Shown piece by piece: positions 17,288 through 26,690 of a stretch of 34,714 bases of DNA. Each line of letters begins with the position of its first letter. The first letter of the stretch is position 1. A model generated the notes under the pieces. That model did no database searches. It had not been told where the DNA came from and saw only the letters and a list, made by a program, of their open reading frames with translations. The translations under genes were made by a program, and so were the position numbers. Origin of the DNA: Spirochaetaceae bacterium (GTDB lineage Bacteria > Spirochaetota > Spirochaetia > Treponematales > Breznakiellaceae); assembly GCA_031288215.1 (NCBI GenBank), contig JAITRV010000272.1, forward strand, positions 1-34,714, given 5' to 3'.

Positions 17288-18337
17288 ATGGCCGGAAAAC
17301 TCCTGGTCCTGTGGCCCACCTCCCGCTGTAACCTCTCCTGCGTCTACTGCTACGCCGCCGGCCACCCCCCGGCGGATATGGCCCTGGAGACCGCCCTCCG
17401 GGGGATCGACCTCATGGGGGGGGAAGACTTCACCCTGCAATTCGCCGGGGGGGAACCGCTGCTCAACTTCCCCCTCATCGAAAGGGTCCTCCGGTATGCC
17501 CGGGAAACCTGCGGGAGGGTCCGCTTCGCCCTGCAAACCAACGGGACCCTGCTGAATGAACGGATCATCGGGGTTTTGAAGCACTACCGGGTTGCCCTGG
17601 GGGTCAGCCTGGATGGGAGGCCGGAGATCAACGACGCCCTCCGGGGAGAGACCGGAGCGGCGGTGAAGGGCCTCCTCCTCCTGCGGGAGGCGGCCCTTAT
17701 GGCAAACCTGACCGCCGTGGTCTGCGACCTGAACATTGCGGCCCTCCGGGGGATCGCCGACATGGCCCTCTTCCTGGGGAACGTGGCCGGCATAGGCCTG
17801 GACCTGCTCCGTCCCGCGGGCCGGGCCGCCGGTCCCGATCCACGGGCAAGGCCCCCATCCCCGGCGGCCCTGCGGAAGGGCCTCGGCCTGCTGCGGAGCC
17901 GGGTAGCGGAGATCAACGCCTGCTCCCCCCGGCCCCTGGTGGTGCGGGAGTTCGAGCGGACCCGGCGGCTCCGGGAGCTTGCCGGGGAGGCCGGAGGGCC
18001 CGATGTCCCGGGCGCGGGGAACCATTGCTGCGCCTGCACCGGGGATTCCCTGGTGGTTCTGCCCAACGGGGAGTGTTACCCCTGCGGAAGCCTCGCCGGG
18101 GATCCCCGGTTCAGGATGGGCAATGTCCATGCCGCCCTGGAAGTCCTGGCCCTTTCCCGGCCCCCGGGCGGCGCCTGCGGGCATTGCGGCCGCCGCCGGT
18201 ACTGTACCGGCGGCTGTCCCGCCCGGCCCCTCCTGCGGGGGGGCTTTGACGAACTGGACTGTGTCATGACCGAAACCCTTCCGGGGGAAGAAGAAGAAAC
18301 CTATAAAAAAGGAGAATATGATGAAAAGGTATCGTAA
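17288..18337 (+). CDS. Radical SAM/SPASM-domain protein
   Basis: CNLSCVYC, GGEPLL, QTNGTL, VSLDG; C-terminal HCCAC, GECYPCG, CGHC...YCTGGC, LDC. Confidence 0.9.
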   Translation: MAGKLLVLWPTSRCNLSCVYCYAAGHPPADMALETALRGIDLMGGEDFTLQFAGGEPLLNFPLIERVLRYARETCGRVRFALQTNGTLLNERIIGVLKHYRVALGVSLDGRPEINDALRGETGAAVKGLLLLREAALMANLTAVVCDLNIAALRGIADMALFLGNVAGIGLDLLRPAGRAAGPDPRARPPSPAALRKGLGLLRSRVAEINACSPRPLVVREFERTRRLRELAGEAGGPDVPGAGNHCCACTGDSLVVLPNGECYPCGSLAGDPRFRMGNVHAALEVLALSRPPGGACGHCGRRRYCTGGCPARPLLRGGFDELDCVMTETLPGEEEETYKKGEYDEKVS

Positions 18338-18870
18338 CGTGTGGTTGGCGGCGTTGCCGGGGGGGCTCCTTCTCCTGCCGGGCTGCCGCCGGACTCCCGC
18401 GGGAAACGCTTCCCCGGAAAGCCCTGTCCCGGGATTGTCCGGTAGCAGACCCAGGGCAGGAAGGGAACTTCACATCCGGATCGCCGAGAACTTTGCCATC
18501 GAATATCTGGCGGATCAGGTAAAGCTCCTTACCGATTCCGACGGAAACGAGATGCTCCTGGTCCCCCGGGGACAGGAAGTCCCCGCAGGTTACGCCGGCA
18601 GAAAAGTTATCCGCACTCCGGTGACCCACGCCCTCTTTACCGCCACCCCCCCGGTCGGCTATGTACGCGCCCTGAGCGAGGCCCTGGGGGATGATTCCCT
18701 CCTCTTCGACGCCGTCGGCGCCGTTACCACCCCTGCGGAAGACTGGGCCATCCCCCAGGGGCTATTACATGAACAGTGCCGGGGTGGATGAAAAATTCAT
18801 GGACACGGTATATATGCTGCACCCGGAACTCCTGCCGGGATACACCCTGAAAAATTACCGGCTCTTGCGG
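18318..18870 (+). pseudogene. BtuF-like lipoprotein SBP with internal deletion and frameshift
   Basis: Lipobox LPGC and SBP N-terminus to ~18755, then a different frame gives an SBP-like C-terminus (GYYMNSAGVDEKFMDTVYMLHPELLPGY) with no stop. Confidence 0.65.
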
Positions 18871-21798
18871 AGCAGGAAGGCCTTCCCCGACCAGTACCGC
18901 CGAATCCTCCGGTATTACCGGAATGCCGATGCCGCCTCCCTGGCGGATATGCTCCTCTATGCGGGAAGCGAGGTGCTGCACCGGGGCGCCCGGAAGCCGG
19001 CGCCCCCGGCGGCCAAACAGTGCCAGGGCCTCTACGACCGGGGGCCCGTGGCCGATGAGGCGCGCTGCCTCGCCGAGGTGGATGCGGCGGCGGCGGAACG
19101 GCCCGTGGTGGGGCTCCTCTGTCATTGGTATACCCTCTCCCTCAAGGACACCGCCCATATAGACGCCCTGATGGAAAGGCTCCGGACCCTGGGGGCGGTT
19201 CCCCTCTGCGCCTATTCCCAAATCGCCCCGGAGGAGGACTCGAATTTCTCCGGGGCCCGGGAAACCCTGGAACGCTACTTCCTCAAGGGGGGAGAACCCC
19301 GGATCGATTGCCTCCTCAACCTGGTGAGCTTTTCCGTCACCCTCCTGTCCCGGCCCGCCGCCGGCGTCCCGGAGGCGGGGGACCGGGCCTTCACCACCCT
19401 GGGCCTGCCGGTACTCCAGGTGATGACCACCCCCTACGGCTATGAGGAATGGATCCGCGCCCCCTCGGGTCTCCCCGCGGCCTACCTCAGTTCCGCGGTG
19501 TTCCAGCCCGAATACGACGGCCAGATCATCACCTTTCCCGCCGCCTATACCCAGGAGGAGACCCTGGAGGGGGAGCAGCGTCAGCGCCTTATGCCCCTGG
19601 AGGACCGGGTGGACAAGGCCGCCCGTCTGGCCCTGGGCTGGGCGCGGCTGCGGCGTACCCCGAACCGGGAAAAACGGGTGGCCTTCATCCTCCACAACAT
19701 GCCCCCCCGGAACGACACCATCGGCGGCGCCATGGGGCTGGACACCCCCCAATCCCTCTGGCGCATCCTGGAAGGCCTCCGGCAGCGGGGGTATACCACC
19801 GGCGCCCCCTTCCGGGACGGGGAGGAGATCATCCGGCGGATCATCGCCGGCCTGACCAACGACGGCCGCTGGGACAGCCCCGGAAGGATGCCGGAAAAGA
19901 GCGCCGCCACGGTCAGCGCCGCGCGTTACCGGGAATGGTTCGCCGCCTTTCCCGGCCAGGTGCAGGGGAAACTCCGGGAGCAGTGGGGCCCGCCGCCGGG
20001 GGAAATCCTCACCGCCCAGGGAAAGGCCCTGATCCCGGGGCTCCTCAACGGCAACATCTTCATCGGCCTCCAGCCTCCCCGGGGTTTCACGGAAAAGGCC
20101 GAAGATCTGGTCCACTCCCCCGGCGTGGTTTGCCCCCACCAGTACCTCGCCTTCTACCGTTGGATCTCCCGGGACTTCGGCGCCCACGCGGTGATCCACC
20201 TGGGCACCCACGGCACCCTGGAATGGCTTCCGGGCAAGGAGGTGGGCCTGGGGGAAGGCTGTTATCCCGATCTGGCCATCGACACCCTGCCGAATCTCTA
20301 CCCCTACATCATCAGCAATCCCGGCGAAGGGGTCCAGGCCAAACGGCGGAGCTACTGCGCCCTGGTGGATCACCTCATCCCCTCCATGGTGGAAGGGGGG
20401 ACCTACGAGGCCCTGGCGGATCTGGATGATATGATGAAGGAGTATTACCATTTCAAGCTGACCGACCGCGCCCGGGCGGCGCTCACCGCGGAACGGATCC
20501 TCACCCTGGCCGAAGAACAGCGGATCACCGGGGACATTGGGCTTTCCGCCGGGGATCTCGCCGCGGACATCGAAGCCGCGGTGGACCGGATCCACGCCTG
20601 GACTTCCCGGATAAGCCGCCAGGAGATTCGGGACGGCCTCCACATCTTCGGGAAAACCCCCGAGGGGGAACGGCTGCGGAACCTCCTCCGGCTCCTCCTG
20701 CGGGTCAGGAACGGCGAGGTCCCCTCCCTGCGGGAGGGCCTCTGCGCCGCCGCGGGGCTGGACCCGGAAAGCCTCCTGGAGGAACCGGCCCGGCTCCTGG
20801 ACGGCGGCAGGCTGGGAAATTCCGATCGGGTTATCGGCCTGGATCTCATCTCCCCGGAAGAACTGGGACGCCCCCGGATCGATGTTACCCTGCGGATCAC
20901 CGGTCTCTTTCGGGATACCTTCCCCAATCTCATCGAGCGGATCGAGGAGGCCGTCAACCGTATCGCCAGCCTGGATGAAGACCCAGGGGTAAACTACGTG
21001 AAAAAACACATCGGCGAGGATATGGCGGAATTCCTCAAACGGGGGGAAAGCCGGAAGGGGGCCTTTGAACGGGCCGCCCTGCGGATCTTCGGAGACGCCC
21101 CCGGCGCCTACGGGGCGGGGGTGGCTGAACTGGTGGAATCCCGCCGGTGGAATACCCCGGCGGACCTGGGACGGATCTACACCGAATGGGGGGGCTACGC
21201 CTACGGCAAGGGCCGTCACGGGGAAAGGCGGCAGGAAGATTTTGCCCGGCGGCTTTCCCGGACGGACCTCTCCATAAAGAACGAACCTTCCGTGGAAAGC
21301 GATATGCTGGGAAGCGATGACTTCTACAACTACTTCGGGGGCATGGTCTCCGCGGTCTCCCTCCACGCGGGGGAGATGAAACCCGCTTTCATTCCCAATA
21401 CCGCGGACCGGGACCGGCCGGAATTGTTTTCCCTTCACGAGGAGGCATCCCGGATCATGCGGGCCCGGATTAACAACCCCCGGTGGATCGCGGGGCTGAA
21501 GCCCCACGGCTACCGGGGCGCCCAGGAGGTATCGGAGATGGTCGACATCGTGTTCGGCTGGGATGCGGTCTCCTCGGTGATTGACGACTGGATGTACGGG
21601 GCCATCGCGGATCGCTATGTCTTTAACGAGGAGACCTCCCGGTGGCTCCGGGAGGTGAACCTCCGGGCCCTGCAAAACATAAGCGCCCGGCTCCTGGAGG
21701 CGGCCGCGCGGGGCATGTGGAAGGCCCCGGAGGAAACCCTGGAACGGCTGCATGCCGTCTATATCGAGGTGGAGGGGGAAATTGAAGGATTGTATTGA
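18870..21798 (+). pseudogene. cobN: CobN cobaltochelatase, lacking start/N-terminus and an internal segment
   Basis: PEYDGQI, HLGTHGTLEWLPGK, NPGEG.QAKRR, DGLHIFG, ELGRPRIDV..RI.G.FRD.FP, NPRWI present; LPTGRN region absent (junction ~20810). Confidence 0.85.
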
Positions 21799-21822
21799 TA
21801 CGGATCATAAAGGAGGCCGTCC

Positions 21823-22974
21823 ATGCTGCTCATGACCCTTCCCACCGGCGACGAGGTCCACCGGTATAAAAAATCCATCGTGATCAACTTCGGCGGCCGG
21901 CGCAGGGTTCTCAGCACCACCCCCCATAACGGCGGCTTCCGGGAGGATCTGACGGCGGTGTTCAACCACGACGGCACCCTGGGGGCCGGAATGGCCATGA
22001 CCCTGCGGGCCCCCACCTACGCCGAACACATGGCCCTGGTGGCCGCCGATTTGGGGCTCCCGGCGGATACCGCCGCGGGACTCTCCACCGCCGCCCAGAT
22101 GGAGAACCTGGCCATCAAAACCGAAACCCACCGGGAGATCTCCGTCAGCGCCCTGGTTACCGGCGGGGTAGAGGTCAACGGGGGCCGGGTAGGAGATCCC
22201 GCATCATGGGATGAACTCACCGTCTTCCAGGATTCCCCTGGGACCATCAAGTCCCAGGGAACTATCAATATTATCCTCTACCTGAACATCGCCCTCAGCC
22301 CCGGAGCCCTGACCCGGGCCCTGGTTACCTGCACGGAGGCGAAGACCGCGGCCCTCCAGGAACTCATGGCCCCGAGCCGCTATTCCCGGGGGCTGGCCAC
22401 CGGGTCCGGCACCGACGGCACCATCCTGGTGTCCAACCTGGATTCCCCCATCACCCTGACCGAAGCCGGGAAACACTGTAAACTGGGGGAAATGATAGGC
22501 CGGGCGGTGAAGCCGGCGGTCAGGGAAGCGCTTTTTTTGCAGAGCGGCCTCTGCGCCGAAGGGCAGCACGATATCCTGCGCCGGCTCCTCCGTTTCGGCG
22601 TTACCGAGGATCGGCTGTGGCAGCGGGCGCGGGAGGCGGAGGGCTCCGTATCCGCCGCTCCCGACGGGCTGCGGCGGGCCCGGTTCGCCGCCCTGGTCCG
22701 GCATCTTGCCCGGCAGGATATGCCCCTGGTCTATACCTCCCTCTACGTCCACCTCCTGGACGAGCTGCTCTGGGGCCTCATCAGCCCCGCCGAAGCCTGC
22801 CGGGCCGGGGCGGCGGTGCTGGAACTCCTGGGGATGGGCCGTTGCGGCCTGGACGAAGGAGCGCCCCCGGCGGGGGCGGAGGACTGCGCTGATACCCTGG
22901 TGGAGGCCCTGGAAACGGGTTTGGCGATGCTCCTCCGGGAGGCGGAGGAAGCGGCCCGGGGAGAACGGCCATGA
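21823..22974 (+). CDS. cbiZ: Adenosylcobinamide amidohydrolase CbiZ
   Basis: VLST...NGG, GLSTAAQM, VTGGVEVN, GTINI, TEAKTAALQEL, ATGSGTD, GKH.KLGEMIG; SD AAGGAGG. Confidence 0.88.
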   Translation: MLLMTLPTGDEVHRYKKSIVINFGGRRRVLSTTPHNGGFREDLTAVFNHDGTLGAGMAMTLRAPTYAEHMALVAADLGLPADTAAGLSTAAQMENLAIKTETHREISVSALVTGGVEVNGGRVGDPASWDELTVFQDSPGTIKSQGTINIILYLNIALSPGALTRALVTCTEAKTAALQELMAPSRYSRGLATGSGTDGTILVSNLDSPITLTEAGKHCKLGEMIGRAVKPAVREALFLQSGLCAEGQHDILRRLLRFGVTEDRLWQRAREAEGSVSAAPDGLRRARFAALVRHLARQDMPLVYTSLYVHLLDELLWGLISPAEACRAGAAVLELLGMGRCGLDEGAPPAGAEDCADTLVEALETGLAMLLREAEEAARGERP

Positions 22975-23807
22975 TCCGATACCGGAATGTTACCAAGCGG
23001 TACGGCGCCCTCACCGCCGTGGAAGACCTCTCCCTGGAAATAACGCGGGGGGAATTCTTCGGCCTTTTGGGGCCAAACGGCGCGGGGAAGACCACCATCA
23101 TGCGGATGACCGCGGCCTTGACCGCCCCCACCGCCGGCAGCATCGAGATCGGCGGGGAACGCCTCCGCCGGGACCGGCCCGGAATCAAACGAAAATTCGG
23201 CGTGGTTCCCCAGTACAGCAACCTTGAGGGGGAACTCTCGGCCCGGCAAAACCTGGAATTCCACGGCAGGCTCTACGGGATGCCCCGGCGCTTACGGCAG
23301 GAGCGGATTCGGGAACTCCTGGAATTCGCGGAACTCAGCGGCCGTTCCTCGGAGGCGGCGAAAAACTTCTCCGGCGGGATGCAGCGCCGGCTGATGATCC
23401 TCAAGGCCCTGATGCACTCCCCGCAGTTACTCCTCCTGGACGAACCCACCGTGGGCCTGGACCCGGCGGCCCGCCGGAAGATCTGGGACCTCCTGCGGAA
23501 TCTGAACCGGGGAGGGCTCACCATCTTCCTCACCACCCACTATATGGAAGAAGCCCAGAATCTCTGCGGGAGGGTCGCGCTGATCGACCGGGGAAAGCTG
23601 GTACGGCTGGGCACGGTCGGGGAGATTGTCGCTGAACAGGGACGCTACGTCCGGGAAACCTTTCAGGCGGGCCATGCGGAACAGTGTTTCTTCGACCGAT
23701 GGGAAGAAGCGGCCCAGGCAGACCTCTCACCCGGGGAGTTCCGGGTGCGGGAGGCAAATCTGGAAGACGCCTTTATCCGGCTGACCAGCCGGGGATTGGG
23801 GGATTAG
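22971..23807 (+). CDS. ABC-2 exporter ATP-binding protein (NodI/DrrA-like)
   Basis: GPNGAGKTT, FSGGMQRR, LLLDEPTVGLDP, TTHYMEEA. Confidence 0.92.
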   Translation: MIRYRNVTKRYGALTAVEDLSLEITRGEFFGLLGPNGAGKTTIMRMTAALTAPTAGSIEIGGERLRRDRPGIKRKFGVVPQYSNLEGELSARQNLEFHGRLYGMPRRLRQERIRELLEFAELSGRSSEAAKNFSGGMQRRLMILKALMHSPQLLLLDEPTVGLDPAARRKIWDLLRNLNRGGLTIFLTTHYMEEAQNLCGRVALIDRGKLVRLGTVGEIVAEQGRYVRETFQAGHAEQCFFDRWEEAAQADLSPGEFRVREANLEDAFIRLTSRGLGD

Positions 23808-23858
23808 ATGCAACGCGCGGGCGGATGTTTCCTCGGAAACATCCAGGGGAGGATCGGA

Positions 23859-24587
23859 ATGCAATTTACCGCCTTATTATGGAAGGATTGGCTCGTATTC
23901 AAGAGCCGGATCATCAGTATCAGCCTGGGTTCGATCATCGGCCCCCTGCTCTACCTCATCGCCTTCGGCTGGGGAATCGGCGGCGTCCTGCGGATAGGGG
24001 GCATGAGTTATGGGGCCTTTGTGATCCCCGGGATCATCGCCATGAACTCCATGATCAACAGCTTTAACTTTATCGCCAACGACATCAACCTCTCCCGGAT
24101 CTACACCAAAACCTTCGAGGCCCTGATGATCTCCCCCACCCCCATGGCGGTCTTTACCGCGGCCAGGGTAAGCGCCGGCGCCCTGCGGGGCCTGTACAGC
24201 GCCCTCTTGATCCTGTCTCTTTCCTTCTTATTTCAGAACGATCTCCGGCTGGATTGGTATTTCTTCCTGGTGCTGGTCCTGAACTGCGCCGTCTTCTCCG
24301 CCATCGGCTTCATCGCGGGGCTCCTCATCGACTCCCATGCCGACATGGCGAAGGTCTCGAACTTCGTGATCACCCCCATGTCCTTTCTCTGCGGCACCTT
24401 TTTCCCCCTGGAAAAACTGCCCGCCCTTTTACGGGGGATCCTCTCCGCCCTGCCCCTGACCCAGACGGTACAGGGCCTGCGGGGGGGCCTGTCCTCCGGG
24501 GGAAGCTGGGCCGTCCCGCTGGTCCTGGGGGCCTACCTCCTCATCCTCCTCCCCCTGGGGGCGTTCCTCTGCGGGCGGACGGAGTAG
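23859..24587 (+). CDS. ABC-2 exporter permease (NodJ/DrrB-like)
   Basis: SD GGAGG before ATG 23859; PLLYLIAFGWG, F..PGIIAM, PM.FL.GTFFP...LP. Confidence 0.9.
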   Translation: MQFTALLWKDWLVFKSRIISISLGSIIGPLLYLIAFGWGIGGVLRIGGMSYGAFVIPGIIAMNSMINSFNFIANDINLSRIYTKTFEALMISPTPMAVFTAARVSAGALRGLYSALLILSLSFLFQNDLRLDWYFFLVLVLNCAVFSAIGFIAGLLIDSHADMAKVSNFVITPMSFLCGTFFPLEKLPALLRGILSALPLTQTVQGLRGGLSSGGSWAVPLVLGAYLLILLPLGAFLCGRTE

Positions 24588-24724
24588 TCTCCTGGGGGTA
24601 TACACCTGCACCAAAGCCTCAGCGGTGCATACGAGGAACACGCCCGCTTGCCGGAGCAGCAGTCGGCCTATCTGTAAACTCCCGGCGATCATGGGGCGCA
24701 AGGTCCCGCTCCCCCCCATGGAAA
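24588..24724. ncRNA. Candidate structured RNA (rod-like fold)
   Basis: Nested complementary segments across the intergenic region; family not recognised. Confidence 0.3.
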
Positions 24725-24805
24725 GAGCCGAAGAGAAAAATGAATTTTATGCCGGAAAACTATTGTCCCGGCTCTTTTCTGCCGATAGGAAAAGAGGAGG
24801 CTTCT

Positions 24806-25318
24806 ATGATGTCGAATTTGGCGAAGAAAGCGGGGATCCTACTCCTCTTGGGGGGATGTTTGCTTTTCCCCCTTTCCGCCGCAAATATTTCTTTCCTGGT
24901 GATAGAAACCGGGGTTCGTGAGGAGGACCGGGCTAACGAATCCTCCACGATTTGGGAAAACGGCCTCATGGATGTGTTTTTCGATGCGGGACATATCGTT
25001 ACCAATGCCCCCATCATGCGTTTGCATGAAAATCCTTCGGAGGAATTCCCCGGGGAAGCCCAGCGGGAACTGGACGAAGCCTTCCTGGGGGGGGCGGAGT
25101 TCTTTGTCCTGGCCCTGTTGGATTACCAGGGGATAGTTCCGGCGGCGAATTCCGTCCTCAATCCCCGATCCGTGTCCCTGCGGCTTTTCAGTACGAAGCC
25201 TTATAAAATTCTCTATGAAAGGACCTATCCCGCCGGAACCTCTCTTCGAAAAAACGACCGGTTTTCCTATGCACAAAACGCGGCCCGGTTGATAGTCCCC
25301 TTCTTGCGGAACCGGTAA
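24806..25318 (+). CDS. Exported hypothetical protein
   Basis: SD GAGGAGG before ATG 24806; signal peptide ending LSA; the ORF-track extension from 24254 overlaps the permease and is spurious. Confidence 0.75.
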   Translation: MMSNLAKKAGILLLLGGCLLFPLSAANISFLVIETGVREEDRANESSTIWENGLMDVFFDAGHIVTNAPIMRLHENPSEEFPGEAQRELDEAFLGGAEFFVLALLDYQGIVPAANSVLNPRSVSLRLFSTKPYKILYERTYPAGTSLRKNDRFSYAQNAARLIVPFLRNR

Positions 25319-25418
25319 GGTTCGCCGGAGATCTTGTGGGGAATTGCGGTGAAGGTTACGATACTATTTTGATGAATGGTACGATGATATTTTATAGTAG
25401 ATAATGGGTAGGTATGGT

Positions 25419-26657
25419 ATGAAAAAACTGCGGATTGCCATAAGCGGCTTGATTTCCCTGGCGGTGTTTACCATAGTATTCACCGGCGCGTCTCCCTGGG
25501 AAGGCCCCGCTGCGGTGGCCCTGGGAGGAGAACTCCCCGATGGGGGCTACTACGTGGCGACCAACTCCTTCCCCCGGAATACCGTGGTGGATGTGACCAA
25601 CCTTGAAACGGGAAAAACCGTCCGGGTTATTGTCGCTTCCGGGCTTGATTCCTCGGGCTTTCTCGCCATCCTTTCCCGGAAAGCCGCCGGCGAGGTGGGG
25701 CTTCAGGGCCGATCCATCGCCCGGATCAGGATGTCCCAGCCCGGAGACCCGATAGCCTTCTCCCGGTTCACCGACGGGGTGCACAGCTCAACCGATCCGG
25801 ACTACAATCCCCAGGCGGCGTTGGGCGGCGCCACAGGCCAGACCCGATCCCCTGCCCTTTCCCCCGCCGAACAGCCCCTTCCCGATTCGGTTCAATCTCC
25901 CGCCGTTCCCCAAAATATCGAAGGATACGACCTGTCCCTGCTCCCCGCAGAGAACCGGCCCCCGGCTTCCCCCGCTTACCAGGGATACCTTCCCCCGGAG
26001 GCGGAAATTGCCCCCTTCAACCGGCCGCCGCCGGAGGAAACCCAGGCGGTACTTGATGAATCCAGGTTCATCGCCCCCATAGAACAGGTTTCTCCCATAG
26101 GCGGTTTTTCTCCCCCGGCGGCAGCCCACGATCTGCCGGTCCAACGGCTTCCTTCAGAATTAAACCATGCCAACATCATGGCCCCGATTGAAACGGTGCC
26201 GCCTATTCCTCCGGCGCCTCCTCCGGCATCCCCCGGGAAGGGCCAATTCCCCCCCGAAATGGCCATAACGGAGATCGCCCCGATTGAACGGATTTCGCCG
26301 CTTCCCCCGGCGGTTCCCGCATCTCCCCCCCAACGGGAAACCGCCCCTCCCCTGCCCTCCCCTGCCCCGGAACAGGCATCCGCCGGGGAAAGGATCTTTT
26401 CCGCGCCGCTGATCAGTTCCCTGGAGCGCAGCAAATACTACCTCCAACTGAGGGCCTTCACCCAGGTAGAATCGGTGGAACAGGAACTATCAAGAATAGG
26501 AAAGACCTACCCTCTGGTCGTTCTGAGGGGAGAGGAATCGGGAAAGACCCTGTACCGGATCCTCCTGGGGCCGGTTAATCAGGGAGAAAGTAATGCCCTC
26601 CTGCGGCGGTTCAAAAACATGGGCTATAAAGACGCTTTCGTGCGGCAGGGCTCGTAA
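25419..26657 (+). CDS. SPOR-domain protein with N-terminal RlpA-like DPBB and Pro-rich linker
   Basis: Signal peptide; ATNSFPRNTVVDVTNLETGKTV; C-terminal YYLQL.AF...YRILLGP...GYKDAFV. Confidence 0.8.
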   Translation: MKKLRIAISGLISLAVFTIVFTGASPWEGPAAVALGGELPDGGYYVATNSFPRNTVVDVTNLETGKTVRVIVASGLDSSGFLAILSRKAAGEVGLQGRSIARIRMSQPGDPIAFSRFTDGVHSSTDPDYNPQAALGGATGQTRSPALSPAEQPLPDSVQSPAVPQNIEGYDLSLLPAENRPPASPAYQGYLPPEAEIAPFNRPPPEETQAVLDESRFIAPIEQVSPIGGFSPPAAAHDLPVQRLPSELNHANIMAPIETVPPIPPAPPPASPGKGQFPPEMAITEIAPIERISPLPPAVPASPPQRETAPPLPSPAPEQASAGERIFSAPLISSLERSKYYLQLRAFTQVESVEQELSRIGKTYPLVVLRGEESGKTLYRILLGPVNQGESNALLRRFKNMGYKDAFVRQGS

Positions 26658-26690
26658 GCCCACCCATGAGAACGGGGGGCAGGGACATTG

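Noticed and set aside
18724-21753. 1009-aa antisense ORF opposite cobN
   Set aside because: Shadow ORF of a GC-rich gene; no recognisable motifs, while the plus strand carries clear CobN motifs
24583-24635. Purine-riboswitch-like words on the minus strand (CUCGUAU...GUGUAUACC...GACUAC)
   Set aside because: No P3 stem or P1 closure, and no downstream gene on that strand
24254-24805. N-terminal extension of the 354-aa ORF
   Set aside because: Overlaps the ABC-2 permease; SD and signal peptide indicate a start at 24806
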